Shown one piece after another: positions 10,479 to 22,745 of a stretch of DNA of 64,000 bases. Position numbers and translations under genes: made by a program. The stretch's first letter is position 1. Each line of letters opens with the position of its first letter. The notes beneath the pieces were generated by a model. It made no database searches, had not been told where the DNA came from, and saw only the letters and a program-made list of their open reading frames with translations. The DNA is from Rhina ancylostomus (Eukaryota), in contig JARFYF010000054.1 in NCBI GenBank assembly GCA_030265395.1, forward strand, positions 22,984,169 to 23,048,168, read 5' to 3'.

Positions 10479-10666
10479 ACACAAGAGACTGTAAATGCTG
10501 GAATCTGGAGTAAGAATCAGCTGGAGGAACTCAGCGGGTTGAGCAGCATCTGTGGGGGGAAGAAATTCTGAGCTCTGATGCACAGTTTCGACCTGAAACG
10601 TCAACGTGCCCTTTCCCCCCACAGATGCTACTTGACCTGCTGAGTTCCTCCAGCAGATCGTTTATT
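10479..10666. mobile_element. Penelope-like terminal-repeat-derived fold-back element with degenerate hammerhead core
   Basis: 40-nt inverted arms at 10521-10560 and 10614-10653 (36/40 complementary) enclose ctgatgcacagtttcgacctgaaacgtc. The same family occurs at 12320, 24258, 35765, 48740, 58230, 59636 and 63450. Confidence 0.85.
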
Positions 10667-10677
10667 AGTCCTTGTCA

Positions 10678-10820
10678 TCTTTTCTCTTGGGCAGTCCCTC
10701 AGGATCGAGGATGACTTGTTGCCACTCTGGTTCTCAGGTGACTTGTGAGGCTAATGTGGGAATTGGAAACTCTTCTACAGGTGGGGCAGGAGGTGCCTGA
10801 GAGTCAGTAGGGACATTGCA
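10678..10820 (-). mobile_element. RTE-clade LINE 3' end
   Basis: cttgggcagtccctcaggatcgaggatgacttgttgccactc is the reverse complement of the RTE 3' terminus. It is homologous to the start of the 14975 copy. Confidence 0.8.
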
Positions 10821-12319
10821 TTTTTCACAAGGAGGTCTTGAGCATAAGTACCTTGAGATGGCTGCTGTTGGTATGTCTGTATACTGGCGGTCACACACAT
10901 CTGCCCTTCCCAAGCTCACCGCTCTCCTATTGCCCAGCCACAAACATGCATGCTGTCTGCTCTCCCTTCTCCACCATACCTCCCCCCACTCAACACGCCA
11001 GACCCCAACCAGCTCTTGCTATTCTTGTTACTGTGACTATGAGCAGAGGTGATCTTGGGTGAACTGGACCGCAACATTCTAAGACAATTCTACTAAAATA
11101 AAGTTTTTAAATTGTCCAAGCTTAAAATTAATTCACATTTTGAAGTAGCTTTCTGCCTCATTTGCTCTTATTTCTTTGTCTGAATAACTAGTCACTTCTG
11201 TCTCCGATAAAGGGTTTTATCAATTGGCAGCTTTTAGCACACATTAATAAATTCCCCTGTAATGCCAATCTTGCAATATGAACACATTTTTCGAGTACAT
11301 GGCATTGATAATACTTGCAAGAAGTGCAGAGGTATTTCAGCTGAAGTATTAGCAAGGCATTAAGGTCACAAGCTCAACAATCGTGGGAGTAAAGCATTCA
11401 ACTGCATTAAAACAGTCAATACTTTTAAGCCAGTTACTGATGTGTAACTGTAGCTTGAGGACATATTAAAGGTTCAACCTGTTGGTTTGACCTTGATGGT
11501 TTAAGTTTGTTTCATGCCCTATTTCAGATTGAGAGTCCTTTTTCAAAGGTCTTCTCAAGCCTTGCTTTCTTCATTGCAATAAAGGTCATCAAGCAATTAA
11601 TCTGCCTTTGGCGGCGGATGGCAGTTGGAGAATTGACGCCTGCCAGTGGGAGCCATGCCATGTGCTGCGTTTAATTGTCAGATTTAGTCAGCCAGCTTAG
11701 TAATTAATATGTTTTAGCCAGAGGGGGATATTTGCTATTCCCTTAAATTCATCTTTTAAAATCATTTTCTTTTCCAAGGCAACGTCTGACTGAACAGTGT
11801 CTGAAGTATTGTTCTTTATGCCTTTTCTCATCACCCTTTAGATCAGCAAACTGTCAGCTGCTTACATATTTGCGTGTTCTGTAAGAGTACCACATTAAGA
11901 ATTTCTCAACTACTAACACAAGGCACATCTTAACGATGGCACTCATTTTGAAATTATCCTCTTTGGTCTAGGACTTGGGTTCGAATTTAGTTAAGTTCCC
12001 AGAATAATAGTCTCTTGATTCTCATTGTTATCAGGCTACATACCTTTTCTCATGTAGTTGCCCAAAGTCTAGAATGGTTCTAATTATTCCATTGCAGTGT
12101 TTCAATTGGCAACCATTTATTTTCCCCTTTAAAAAATGGTCTGATATATATTTGATCACCACAGATGACTTAATGTTATGGTACTGTGGAGCTCACCACC
12201 TTGTTGCTCATTGCACACTGGAATCCATGGGTTACAGCTGAGCTGGTATGGTCTGCCTTCAATCTGAAATAAACTGAGATGCTTAAATTATACTGAAATT
12301 TTGGAACAAAATACAAAGC

Positions 12320-12470
12320 TTGAAACAAAACCAGGAAATGATGGAAACACTCAGAAAGTTGGGCACAGCATCCATGGAGAAAACTCATAATACTCCAGGC
12401 GTAACATAACCCTTGAGCAGAACTGCCAGGTTTGATGAAAGGCCTTATCCAACGTTATTCCATTATCTGG
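12320..12470. mobile_element. Penelope-like terminal repeat fragment
   Basis: aggaaatgatggaaacactcag..cagcatccatggaga..tttgatgaaagg..aacgtt is a decayed version of the 10479 family. Confidence 0.55.
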
Positions 12471-13077
12471 AATCCTTCCAGTTGCCATTGGAGCTACCAT
12501 GTAACAAACATTCCCGACTTCAAATGCCAGAAACACAAAATAAAGCTGGCTTAAGTATTTGGAGTTGGTTCTGATCAGGGAGGTTTGTATGCCAGTTTGT
12601 GTGGGATAAATGTTGTTTGTTGGTGGTGGGGGAGAGGAGGGAATGTGGATACTCCTTCCAGAAAGCTTGGTTTAAAAGCTGCCTGAAGGAAGACATGAGT
12701 AATGTATGTATTTGATTGCCTTTGCTAGGGTAAGGCAAGCAGGTAGATGTACTTGAGAAGTCACTCATTCCCCTTTCTTTCTGGTCTTGATTCACAGTTT
12801 TTACACTTGCATGAACAAATGCAAATGAGAGGACATAAATAAGAGTGCAAAGAGNNNNNNNNNNNNNNNNNNNNNNNNNNNNNNNNNNNNNNNNNNNNNN
12901 NNNNNNNNNNNNNNNNNNNNNNNNNNNNNNNNNNNNNNNNNNNNNNNNNNNNNNNNNNNNNNNNNNNNNNNNNNNNNNNNNNNNNNNNNNNNNNNNNNNN
13001 NNNNNNNNNNNNNNNNNNNNNNNNNNNNNNNNNNNNNNNNNNNNNNNNNNNNNNNNNNNNNNNNNNNNNNNNNNTTT

Positions 13078-13767
13078 TAAATGGTGAGACACTGAGAAAT
13101 GTTGATCTTAAAAAGCCATTTAAAACCAACATGCAGTGACAAAGGCAATGAGGAAGGCAAGTAGGATATTGGCCTTTATTGCAAGAGGATTTGAGTACAA
13201 AAGTTAGGATGTCTTACTACATTTAGAAAGGGCCTTGATGAGACCACACTTGGAGTACTCTGTGCAATCTTGGTTTGCTTTTCTAAGGAAGAATTTGCTT
13301 GCTACTGAGGGAGTGTACCAAAAATTCACCAGGCTTATTCCTGGGATGGCATGTCTGTCATAATCGAAGTGACTAAGTCAGCTAAGGCATGTATTCCCCA
13401 GACTCAGAAGAAGGAGAGGTGACCTCACTGAAATGTACACTTTTTTTTTAGAGGGCTCAACAGGGTAGAGACGGAGAGGATGTTTCCCTGACTGAGGAGT
13501 CTGGAACTTGGAATCATAGTCACAGAATAAAGAACAGGTCATTTAGGACAGAGATGGGGAGATTTTTTTCACTCAGCTGATAGTGAATCTTTGGAATTCC
13601 TGACCTCGGAGAATGAGAGACTTCGTCATTGATCGCTTTTAGCTGATATTGAAGGAATCAAAGGATATTGGGATAAGGCAGAAAGATAGTACAGTCAGCC
13701 ACAATTATGTTGAATGATGGAACAGGCTAAAGAGGTTAACTGGCCTACTCCTGCTCCTATTTCTTAC
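13078..13767 (+). mobile_element. CR1 LINE, ORF2 C-terminus and 3'UTR
   Basis: aggaaggcaagtaggatattggcctttattgcaagaggatttgagtac..agaccacacttggagtactctgtgca (RPHLEY.VQ)..tggcctactcctgctcctatttctta. Confidence 0.92.
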
Positions 13768-14974
13768 ATTATACACATAATATATTGTTACACATATAAA
13801 ATTATACCTAATATTATACATATTATATAAAAGTCACATAATATTACATAATGTGAAAGCTTGGGATGTGCACACTTGTGCAATTCAACAAGAGGACACA
13901 ATGAATCAACTGGTCTGTGAAACTTCAAATTGTTAGCTACTTTTGCTGGCATAATTACAGGTAATATTCATGTGTAACTCTTTAGATTGAGGGAAGGGAG
14001 GAAGCTGTTATAATGAGGTGATATATTTGGGTACAGAGATTGATAGGCAGATGTAAAAAAGCGCTGAGTTTCTTCTATCTGTTACTTCAAGTATTTGTCC
14101 TACACCCCAATGCCATGCATCTTTGGGCACAAATTCACAGAAAATTGCACCGCCAGATGCTTAGTCTACTCTACCCACCCCTCTGCCAGAGCAATCATAG
14201 TAATTAGAACATCAACTAACAAACAGAGCCATGTCTTAAACATTCCCTTCATTGAGCTCAGTTGCTGACGTTGATGATATTGAACAGGCTGGCTTTTAGA
14301 AGCAGTGTTAAAACTAGCTATTTAAAAATCAATCATTGTTTAGTTCTCTGTGCAACATCAAAAGCTTTTCTTCACACATTCAGATCACTGTTTAAATAAC
14401 TAATTTTATTCAGCATTTTAGAGCATAGAGCATTCAATGAAACCTCCAATTAGCTAGTATTTATTTAGCATTAACAGTAATTATAGGCAGTAGTCTCTTG
14501 CCCACAGATGTGTCAACATTTGGCATCAAGTCTAATCATTCAATGAAATGGAGAAAGTTCAGTGAGCATCAATTAACAGATCAATTAGTATAAATGAAAA
14601 GTGTTGGGTAATCATTTGTTTGCTTAAATTACAATAACAAAAATGCAGCACCCTGTGTCGAAGGCTTGTATTCAATTAAGGATCATCAGACCTATATGGA
14701 CTGTAACCTGTTGAAGGCAAAGCCATTATTAATGTGATTGTATTGTCTATTGCATTCGACCTGCATATGTCCCAATGATACCCCTGAACCCGTGCCCTTA
14801 ATCTAATAGGTTATGTATCTATAAACTGGCTTCTACCAGTAAATGGAACTTTGGGTGGGGGTCATAAGAAAACCTCAGGTGGCTTGGTTGCTAATCTCAG
14901 TCATCGAACATGATGCAGACTAATGGTAATCTGTTTCATTTATTGTCTGCATGCCGAAAAATTCCTTTTGTAAA

Positions 14975-16230
14975 TCTCTCTTAGCCAGTGCTCTGGATTA
15001 AGGATGACTTGCTGCTACTCCAGTTCTGTGGATGCTGAGATAGCTGATGAGGCCGACCTCCACAGACTCTTTCACAAGTGGGCAGGGCAGGTGGGCACCC
15101 CTCCCAGTGTTTGCACTGGGTTTTGCGTGCTCCAGGTGAAGGAACTTGAGGTTTTCAGTGCCAAACCAAATGTGCCTCCTTCATTTTAAGTGGTCTTGGG
15201 TGAGAGATTCCCAAGAGTCGATGGGGATGTTCTACTTTTTTCAAGGAGGCTTTGAAAATATCCAGGAATCATTTCCCCTTTCTGCTTGGTCACCCTCTTT
15301 CCGCCTGGTAACCTCTTGCTGTGATGGAACTCAGAGTAGGGTGTCTGTTTCAGGAGATTGGTGTCAGGCATGCCCATCAGAGCTGACTGTGTGTCGTTAG
15401 GGCCTTAGTGCTGGGGATGTTGGCCTAGGGTAGGACAATGTCTTTGATCTGCTCCTCCTGCCGTGGATTTGAGGATTTTGCAGAGACAATATTGGTGGAA
15501 ACTCTCCAGTGATTTGAGGTGGCTGCTATCGAGAGTCAATGTCTCAGAAGCATTCAGGAGGGCAAGATTACTGCTGCCCAGTCAACTATAAGCTTTCTGT
15601 CTTGATCTTGAAATGCTCTTTTCCTTAAATGTCGAAACACCATGGTGGCTCACTGACATGATGATAAATGTTATCAATGTCTGCCTTCATTGAGAGGCCA
15701 TTGAAGAGGTCCCAAGTGATAACATACCCTGTGACAGACTGCAGGGAAAACTTCCTGGGGTCACTGAAAACAGATTTCTCTCCTTACTCGTGGATGGCCA
15801 CAATTACAGTTTTTCTGATGTCCAGGGACATGACATTCTCTTCCTAGGTATGGGAGAAGAACATGTGAATGAGTTCCTTGCTGCCCAATTATGGAACTTC
15901 AGCAGGGATACAGTCTACTGCAAAGGCCTTGTTGTTTCGTGCTTGGCATATGGCATTTTTTACTCCTTGCCAGTCAGGGGTGGTGGTGAGGCTGGATCAG
16001 ATAGTTTGCTGTGAGATGGGGTCAAGAATACCTATATTAAGGAAAGATTCTCAGTTGAGAAGTTCTTTGAAAGGCTCCTTAAGGTGGGTTCTATCTAGCT
16101 CACTGTCTTTGATAAACTCTATGTCCTGTTCTTGTCTCTCAGCAAGCTGAGCCGTTGGATGTTTGAGCTGCAGGTGGTCTTAATGATACTTCTCTGCTTT
16201 TACTATTGTCCACCCTGACCATCTGTGACC
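14975..16230 (-). mobile_element. RTE-clade LINE, 5'-truncated and decayed
   Basis: Starts with the reverse RTE terminus (aggatgacttgctgctactccag). Minus ORF 15186-15377 MPDTNLLKQTPYSEFHHSKRLPGG matches RTE ORF2 (MPDTRLPKQ.LYSEL..GKR.PGG). Confidence 0.88.
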
Positions 16231-18319
16231 CAAGCACCCAAGGGCCATGTTCACTGAGAACCAAAAACAGGGCAGAGAGAGAGACTGCACCCACTGAAAG
16301 GAGCATTTCAAAGAACTCTTCATCTGAGAATCCATCCCTAACACAAGCGTTCTCGACCTCATCTCTATATATTTCAATCAGTCAAAATAATTTCATGGCA
16401 ATTATAATGCAAGAGATATGTGCTCCCATTCTCTGAGATATTGGCAATGAACTGGTGCACAAAAATGTGGGCAACCATTTACTTGTATCTGCTGGATATT
16501 CGCCACAGGCATTCTGTATTAATTGCTGTATAATTTGGCTACTCACTACTGTCAAGATAAAAGAGAACTGATCATAGATTGGTAACAGCACAGAAGGAGA
16601 CCACTTAGCTCTTCAAGTCCATGTCGGAGTAACGAGCCAAAGGAATAAATAATTAAGAGAGCTCTGAATGATGTTAACATCAGCCAAGCAGATCCAAGGT
16701 TGAGCAGTGCAATGTAGACAGTTGCAACTGTTTGCCAGTTCAATTTTCTGTGTGAAGGGTCGATTGCCAAGCAGTAAGGCAGAAACAAGTATTAAGCTAC
16801 AAAGCAATTAGAGAACTAGAAATATGCACGTTTTCTTTTAAGTTCCAGAACATATGCCTTGCTCTGCCTTCCCTACCTCCACTAAGACTAAACTGATAAT
16901 TGTAAAAGACACATGGGCCCACTTTGCTAATGACAAGTAGGAGGTTCTCTCCAGATCAACACAGTGGGAATCACAAGGCCAAAGTGTTGGCCATCTTGTA
17001 TCAGTAAAGGCAAAATATATGTTAAACTGTTCCTTTGGCCTGCATTTTTCTCTAGTGTGATTGACTTTCACCAGGAAACACTCGGAAGAAATGATTTCTG
17101 CAAATTTTATTTGATGAAAAATGGCTGGAGTTTGTGAGTTAAAAGGTAGGACTTGCAAGGTTTGCTTTAAATCCAGGATTGTGAAGTGGGCAGATCTGTA
17201 ATTCAGATAAATGCCCCAACCTTGTTCAGAGATGTTGATAAAAGTTGACAGATAGCCCAGGGTCTCTTCTGTTTCAGCAATTGTGCTTTTTGTGTGCAGT
17301 TCCTTTCAGCAAACACACAGTGATGTGTGAGTGTGGAAGTTGGCTTCATGATGCACCTTTGGCAAATAACATGAATAGTATCGAAAGAGCTGTCTGAGCA
17401 CTTTGTGTAACTTTCTTTGGAGGTTGCAAACAAAAGAATCACTAAATCTTTTAAGGAGGTTTTTTTGAAGTGGGCGGTGTCCTTGAGAATTAATTGATTG
17501 TGAACGAAGCTGGATGTTTTATTTCGTTGCACCTAATACAAATTTATTAATGTTAACTAATCCTGCCCACGACATCTAGGTCAAGGAAGCTTGGCAATAG
17601 TTTGTTGTGGCTCCTGCTCCTAAATAACTGTAAGTCTTGTTTTACCTCTCTCCCAGATTTTTCTCCTTCCTCCCTCCCCATCTCCCCATCCACCCATGTG
17701 GCCTCCGTTATTGACGTGTTGATTGATTCATTCTTCATATATGAACCCTAATAGCAAGTACCAGAGGGTTGGTTGATTATAAAGGACATCATAGCCAAAT
17801 AGAAGCCAGAAATCATTGATGTTTACTCACCCCCACCCACTGATACTCACTCTCACACTAATGCTCACTCACTCACTCTGCTGTTCTTGAGAAGACCTCC
17901 TGCCCACAACCTGTTGACAAACAAGGCCAATTCTATCACCACCTCTGGTTAACAGGATGCACTCTGTTGACTGGTGTGGGTGAATGAACAAATCTTACAT
18001 TTTCCTTCCTACAGGAGCTTCATAACATTTGGAGTCTTTCAGAGAAGGGTTTTCTGAATATTCTTAAGACTTGCATTTAAGGCCACTTGCCAAATATTAG
18101 AATCACAGTCTGATCATGTTCTGAGCTCCCGCATCATTGGTGCTAGATGACATCAGCCAGAGAAGTATTGCTATTGGAAGAAGGTTAGGTTGTTCTATTT
18201 GTGTCAAAAACATTGAATATAGGTCAATTTTATCATCCTTTTTGTATGTTATTTAAGAAAAATGATGATGTGTAGTTTTATGTTAAATTTATGTTGCCCC
18301 TGCATCGGTGAAGTGCTCC

Positions 18320-18530
18320 TTCAGGTCCAGGAAAATGGCCAATTTACCAAATGACATACAAGTATTGTTTCTTTGTTGCTTAGCCAACACCAGCAAAGAC
18401 CAATTAAATAGTCATTCATCTTGTTCAGCTGCCGAGGTTCTTGCCATGCACTATTTGGGCACTATGTGTGTCCACCTCGAGAGGTTTCCAGGAGGCACAG
18501 AGTGCAAGTCCTTCTATAACTGGTTTTATG
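18320..18530 (-). mobile_element. Possible Harbinger (HARBI1-like) transposase remnant
   Basis: Reverse strand has tatagaaggacttgcactct (cf. NRKGFHS) and gcaagaacctcggcagctgaacaagat (cf. ARYPGSCHD). Heavily frameshifted. Confidence 0.35.
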
Positions 18531-18808
18531 CTGTCCTTAAATAGAACATTTCAATGTTGCACTGTTAATTCCACTGTTGAGTAACACATTGAAAGAAATA
18601 AATCAAAGGTTGGAAGTTTGAGCACTTACCATTTAATCTTCCTGGCATCATAGATAGACTGTGAGAAGTAGAACATTGGCAGTAACGCCCCTTAAACAGG
18701 ATTTTTTTTCTGGTGGGTTAAATGCTATTACCTTTGAGTGTAAACGGTCATTATGCTGAAAACTGCTTTTTTGTTTCAACTAATTATTTAACAGGAGCAC
18801 CAGGTTCT

Positions 18809-18882
18809 GGATGAGACCACTTTACATGGCTGGCAGGCCTTTAAAGGATGAGACCACTTTACATGGCTGGCAGGCCTTTAAA
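18809..18882. repeat. Perfect 37-bp tandem duplication
   Basis: ggatgagaccactttacatggctggcaggcctttaaa at 18809-18845 and again at 18846-18882. Confidence 0.97.
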
Positions 18883-20009
18883 TTGCCATTGGCTCTTACC
18901 ATGATCCCAAAACACTTTGCAGTTGCTAAGATCCTAGCACTTCAAGATGATGTGCTTGTAATGTTCACATTTTAATTCCACAGCTTAACAGTAATTGATT
19001 TATCCCAATGTGAACCGAACGAAAATTCATATCTTCTTTTAAATTAGTTGAGCAGATGAATTCAAGTTAGTTCACATTCATGGGTTCCATTTTCCCCATG
19101 TTGAATACAAGGCCAAATAGTACAATTCATGTCGCTGTTAAAGTTGATCCTTTGGGATCTTTGGTGATTAGCTGGTATGTCATTGAGCTCACTTCATGAT
19201 TGCATATGTGGCTTGAGGTTAGAAGTCCCTGATGTTGGCAGAGTGGAGCTGGAAGGTAATCAGTGGTGTGTAGAGGAGCTTGCCTCTGGAGTGACTTCAG
19301 TTTACAAACTACAGAAGGAGTGAAGCATGGGAGTCCTTAAAATAGAAGATTGAAAAATGACAGGACCTGGAGCCACTCCAGTGGCTTTGCATTTGCTGCC
19401 TTCTGCAAATTCTCCTTGGCTAATGGGAAATAAGTGAGTTGCATTTTAAAACAACTGAACATGAGCAAATTGGCATCTAAATGTCAAACTGAGAGCTGGG
19501 AAGTCATCCAGTATTGTCCTGGCAACTTGGTTGTTGACTGCTTTCATGCTTAAGATACTGCAGTTAGATGTGCGAGTCAGGAATATTAAACTGGAGCACA
19601 TTCTCAATTTAATTTTCCATTGGCAACTCGAGCCCATCCTGTTCAGTTAGTACAAGGTCACAGGTGGAATACTGCAGCCCATATTTTTCCTTAGATCTTT
19701 GCTTCAATGCCAAACTCTAAAGAGTAGCCCTGCTGTACCAGGCTAATGGCTGTGTCTCTTTGAGTGACCATGCTGGCTAATGCCAAATTTCTTGGTGCAG
19801 ATCTTTACCGCCTAAGAAATGTAGGGAGGTAGCCCAAAGTTTTTTCATGTAAGATCTCCAGAAGAATGGAGAAGACATTCAACTCCACTGTCTTGGTCTC
19901 TGAAATAATAGCCTAGTTTGTCAATCAACAGTGTCACTCATTTCAGTGCATGGGAAGTAAAAGCTGGCTACCCAATATGAGTCAATGGAATGAGAGTGTA
20001 CATGTCACG

Positions 20010-20292
20010 TTCGGGTTGTGTGTATATGTATATCCTGACAAAACATTTGGATACAGGTTTGGTTGGGCTGTGCCAGGTTGGGTCAGGCAGAACTGTGCTG
20101 GTTTGGCATAGTTCATTATTCCAGGTCAGGGTGATTTACTGAGTAACACTGCATGCAATGAGCATGTTTGAGAGACTGCTACATTTACAGCAATGATCTG
20201 GTCACTAATAGAAAAAAATATAAGTACTTGGACTGAGTTCAGTTTGGCTGTGGTCAGGTTGGGTTTTAAATCTACATGCAAGCAGATGTCTA
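20010..20292. mobile_element. Old non-autonomous DNA-transposon-like repeat (hAT-like, tentative), copy 2
   Basis: Colinear similarity to 2170-2485. Confidence 0.5.
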
Positions 20293-22429
20293 ATGCTTGG
20301 TTTCATAACATTTTTATTATATTACTTTTCTTAAATTTTGATGGAGTTTGTTTTATATCAAAACATCCTATGTGTGAAATTATGCATGTTTCTTAAATAC
20401 AGGTGTTTATGAACTAAACCTTGCGTCCTTGGATAGAAGTTCAGTAAGCCTAGTTCATTCTTTTAACATGTAAAGTTGGCAAAATTTGCTTCCAGCTGTC
20501 AGTTCCACACCTGTCTGTATTTTGCAATGGGGGACTCAAGATGTCCTGCGTTTTTTATATACATTTTTATAAAATGACATAATAATACTAAGTTGTGCTA
20601 AGTCTATTTATCAGTCTTGGGTTGAGTTTGAAAATCTGAAGGGATCCAGAGTGGTCAGGGCTAGGTTGATATTTTAGGGGGAATGGTTTCTGCTGACAGT
20701 TTGGGGAGCGGCACTGCTAGGGGATGCACAGTGGAAGCTGGGCACTCCAAAGAGCCGTAAGCTGTTGCTTAGGATGTAAGGNNNNNNNNNNTCAATTATG
20801 CTGCTGTCAATCAGCAACGTTGCCTTTGGTTGGGGCTGTTTGGAGACGGCTGCCTAATGCGAGAAGATGGGTTAATAAGGCCCTCAGGTGAATGCCAAGC
20901 TGTCAACTTGATCTTGATGTGCTGTTGAAAGGTCAGATGGAGGGAAATTCTGTCAGAGCAACCAGGGAAGGGTTTAGATTACAGTTTGCATACTTAGTGC
21001 AATGGCTGTTGGATTGATTGCGATGAGAAGCAACAGCAATTGCTCATAATATACATGGAAGGGAGTGTTTGTATTTAATATTGTGAAGGCAGCAGACGTT
21101 TTGCATCAGGTATACTTTGGAGTTTCCTAATTTTATCGATTCCTAACTTTCGTGCTGGTCCTAAAATAAGCGAGGAAGGCAAAGATAATTTTTACATGTA
21201 TTTATATTTTTTAATGTATTTATTTCAGAGCACAATTTTAAGAAAAAACAAGAAAGGAGAGCTCTTAATGGTGGCTGTGGTTTTCAACTACTTGTTTAGA
21301 AATGATTGCGCTATTCAATTGATCAACAGAAAATTCATATTGAGGGCCATGTTTACTTCAGTTAAACTGGTTAAACTTGTCCTCTAATATCAGATATGTT
21401 TAATTTGTGAGCAGCAATTCACATCCTTAATAGGAAATCTGCTAGGTCCAGTTGATATTTAATTGCTTCAATTGGTACCAATCTATGGCAGATATTTGAA
21501 CTCTCAGACTAATACGAATCACAGTTTGATTCAGATGCCATTGTGAAACATGGTTATAATTGATCTTTCAAGTTGGCAGTCCATTTATAGAGAGCAGTTA
21601 ATTGGAAACACTAATATTGACTGAACTACTTAGCATTGTATACATGGGAAAGGTTTAGGATTTTTGAAATAATTGTGTTACCTGCTTTAGTCCTCTCCTA
21701 GCCTGTCAGTGGGGAAATGGCCATGTGAAACAGTAGTCTTATTTCTGATCTAATGACAATGTAAGAAACAGAAAGGTGTCTTCTAGTTTTGTAAATTTGG
21801 CCTTTTATAATGCAATTTAATTCTAAGTTATTTAGGTGCATTAAAACAAAATCAAGCTAAGTTTTTGAGTGTCTGATTTACTTAGAGTGCCTGTGACCTG
21901 TCTTACAATATAAAAATATTCCAGTATTTGCCACAAAGTGGAGAGAGATTTGTAATGTTGACTACTGAGTCCAATGATTAGCTGTGTTAAATATGAACTT
22001 AAAATGGATTTCTACAGTTTGGATTGCTTTAAGAGATGGANNNNNNNNNNNNNNNNNNNNNNNNNNNNNNNNNNNNNTACCAACTACAAAACTTCCAGTA
22101 AGTTGCCTGAGGGTTGCTTGCTGGAATGATGAAGCATGTTGCAGTATTTGACAAGGATCTCTTCTTGTAATTCTTCCATGTAGATGCTAGGTGGAGGCCG
22201 GGCCTTCTCCCTGAAGTCAAAAGCAGAATTGCATTTGTAACATAATTCTATTGCATGCTTCTCTTTTAAGAGCGCTCTTTTCCTTGCTCTGTGAAATTTC
22301 CATAAATCTACCTCATGGCAGTAATCTCTTGTTGGAGAACAAGGAGAAAGAACCCTGACTCTTATCTAAGTGGCTGCAGTTGGAAGGTCATCAATGGAAG
22401 CCCTATAGTCATGTGGTCACAAAGGAGAC

Positions 22430-22745
22430 ATGGTTGCATGGTGTTTTGCCTTGATAGTCACCTTCCATGGGTGAGCCCAGATAGTAAGTGTGGATTTGAG
22501 TCCTTGAGATATAACACAGTTACTCTTAATATTGTCCTTACTCTGTATATGCACTCCAGCAGGGGTCACTGAATAATAAATCAGGATGGCCAACCCAGGC
22601 TGTTATGTATCATCCTCTTCCCTTCTCCTCTCAGTCCAGTGAACGATGAAGCCAATTCTAATGCACTGGATGAAATCAGCAAAGTCTAAGGATGGAACCT
22701 GTGTCATTTTGATCTCTTTGGCTCAGAACATCCCACACCAACACA
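22430..22745 (-). mobile_element. Old tRNA-SINE (AmnSINE2-like, tentative)
   Basis: cttccatgggtgagcccagatagtaagtg..ccagcaggggtcactgaata..gaagccaattcta..gatggaacctg (reverse B-box). Confidence 0.6.

Noticed and set aside
14650-14765. Possible MER125-like palindrome (GTCGAA...TTGCATTCGAC)
   Set aside because: Only about 8 bp of the arms pair; too weak without an HMM search.
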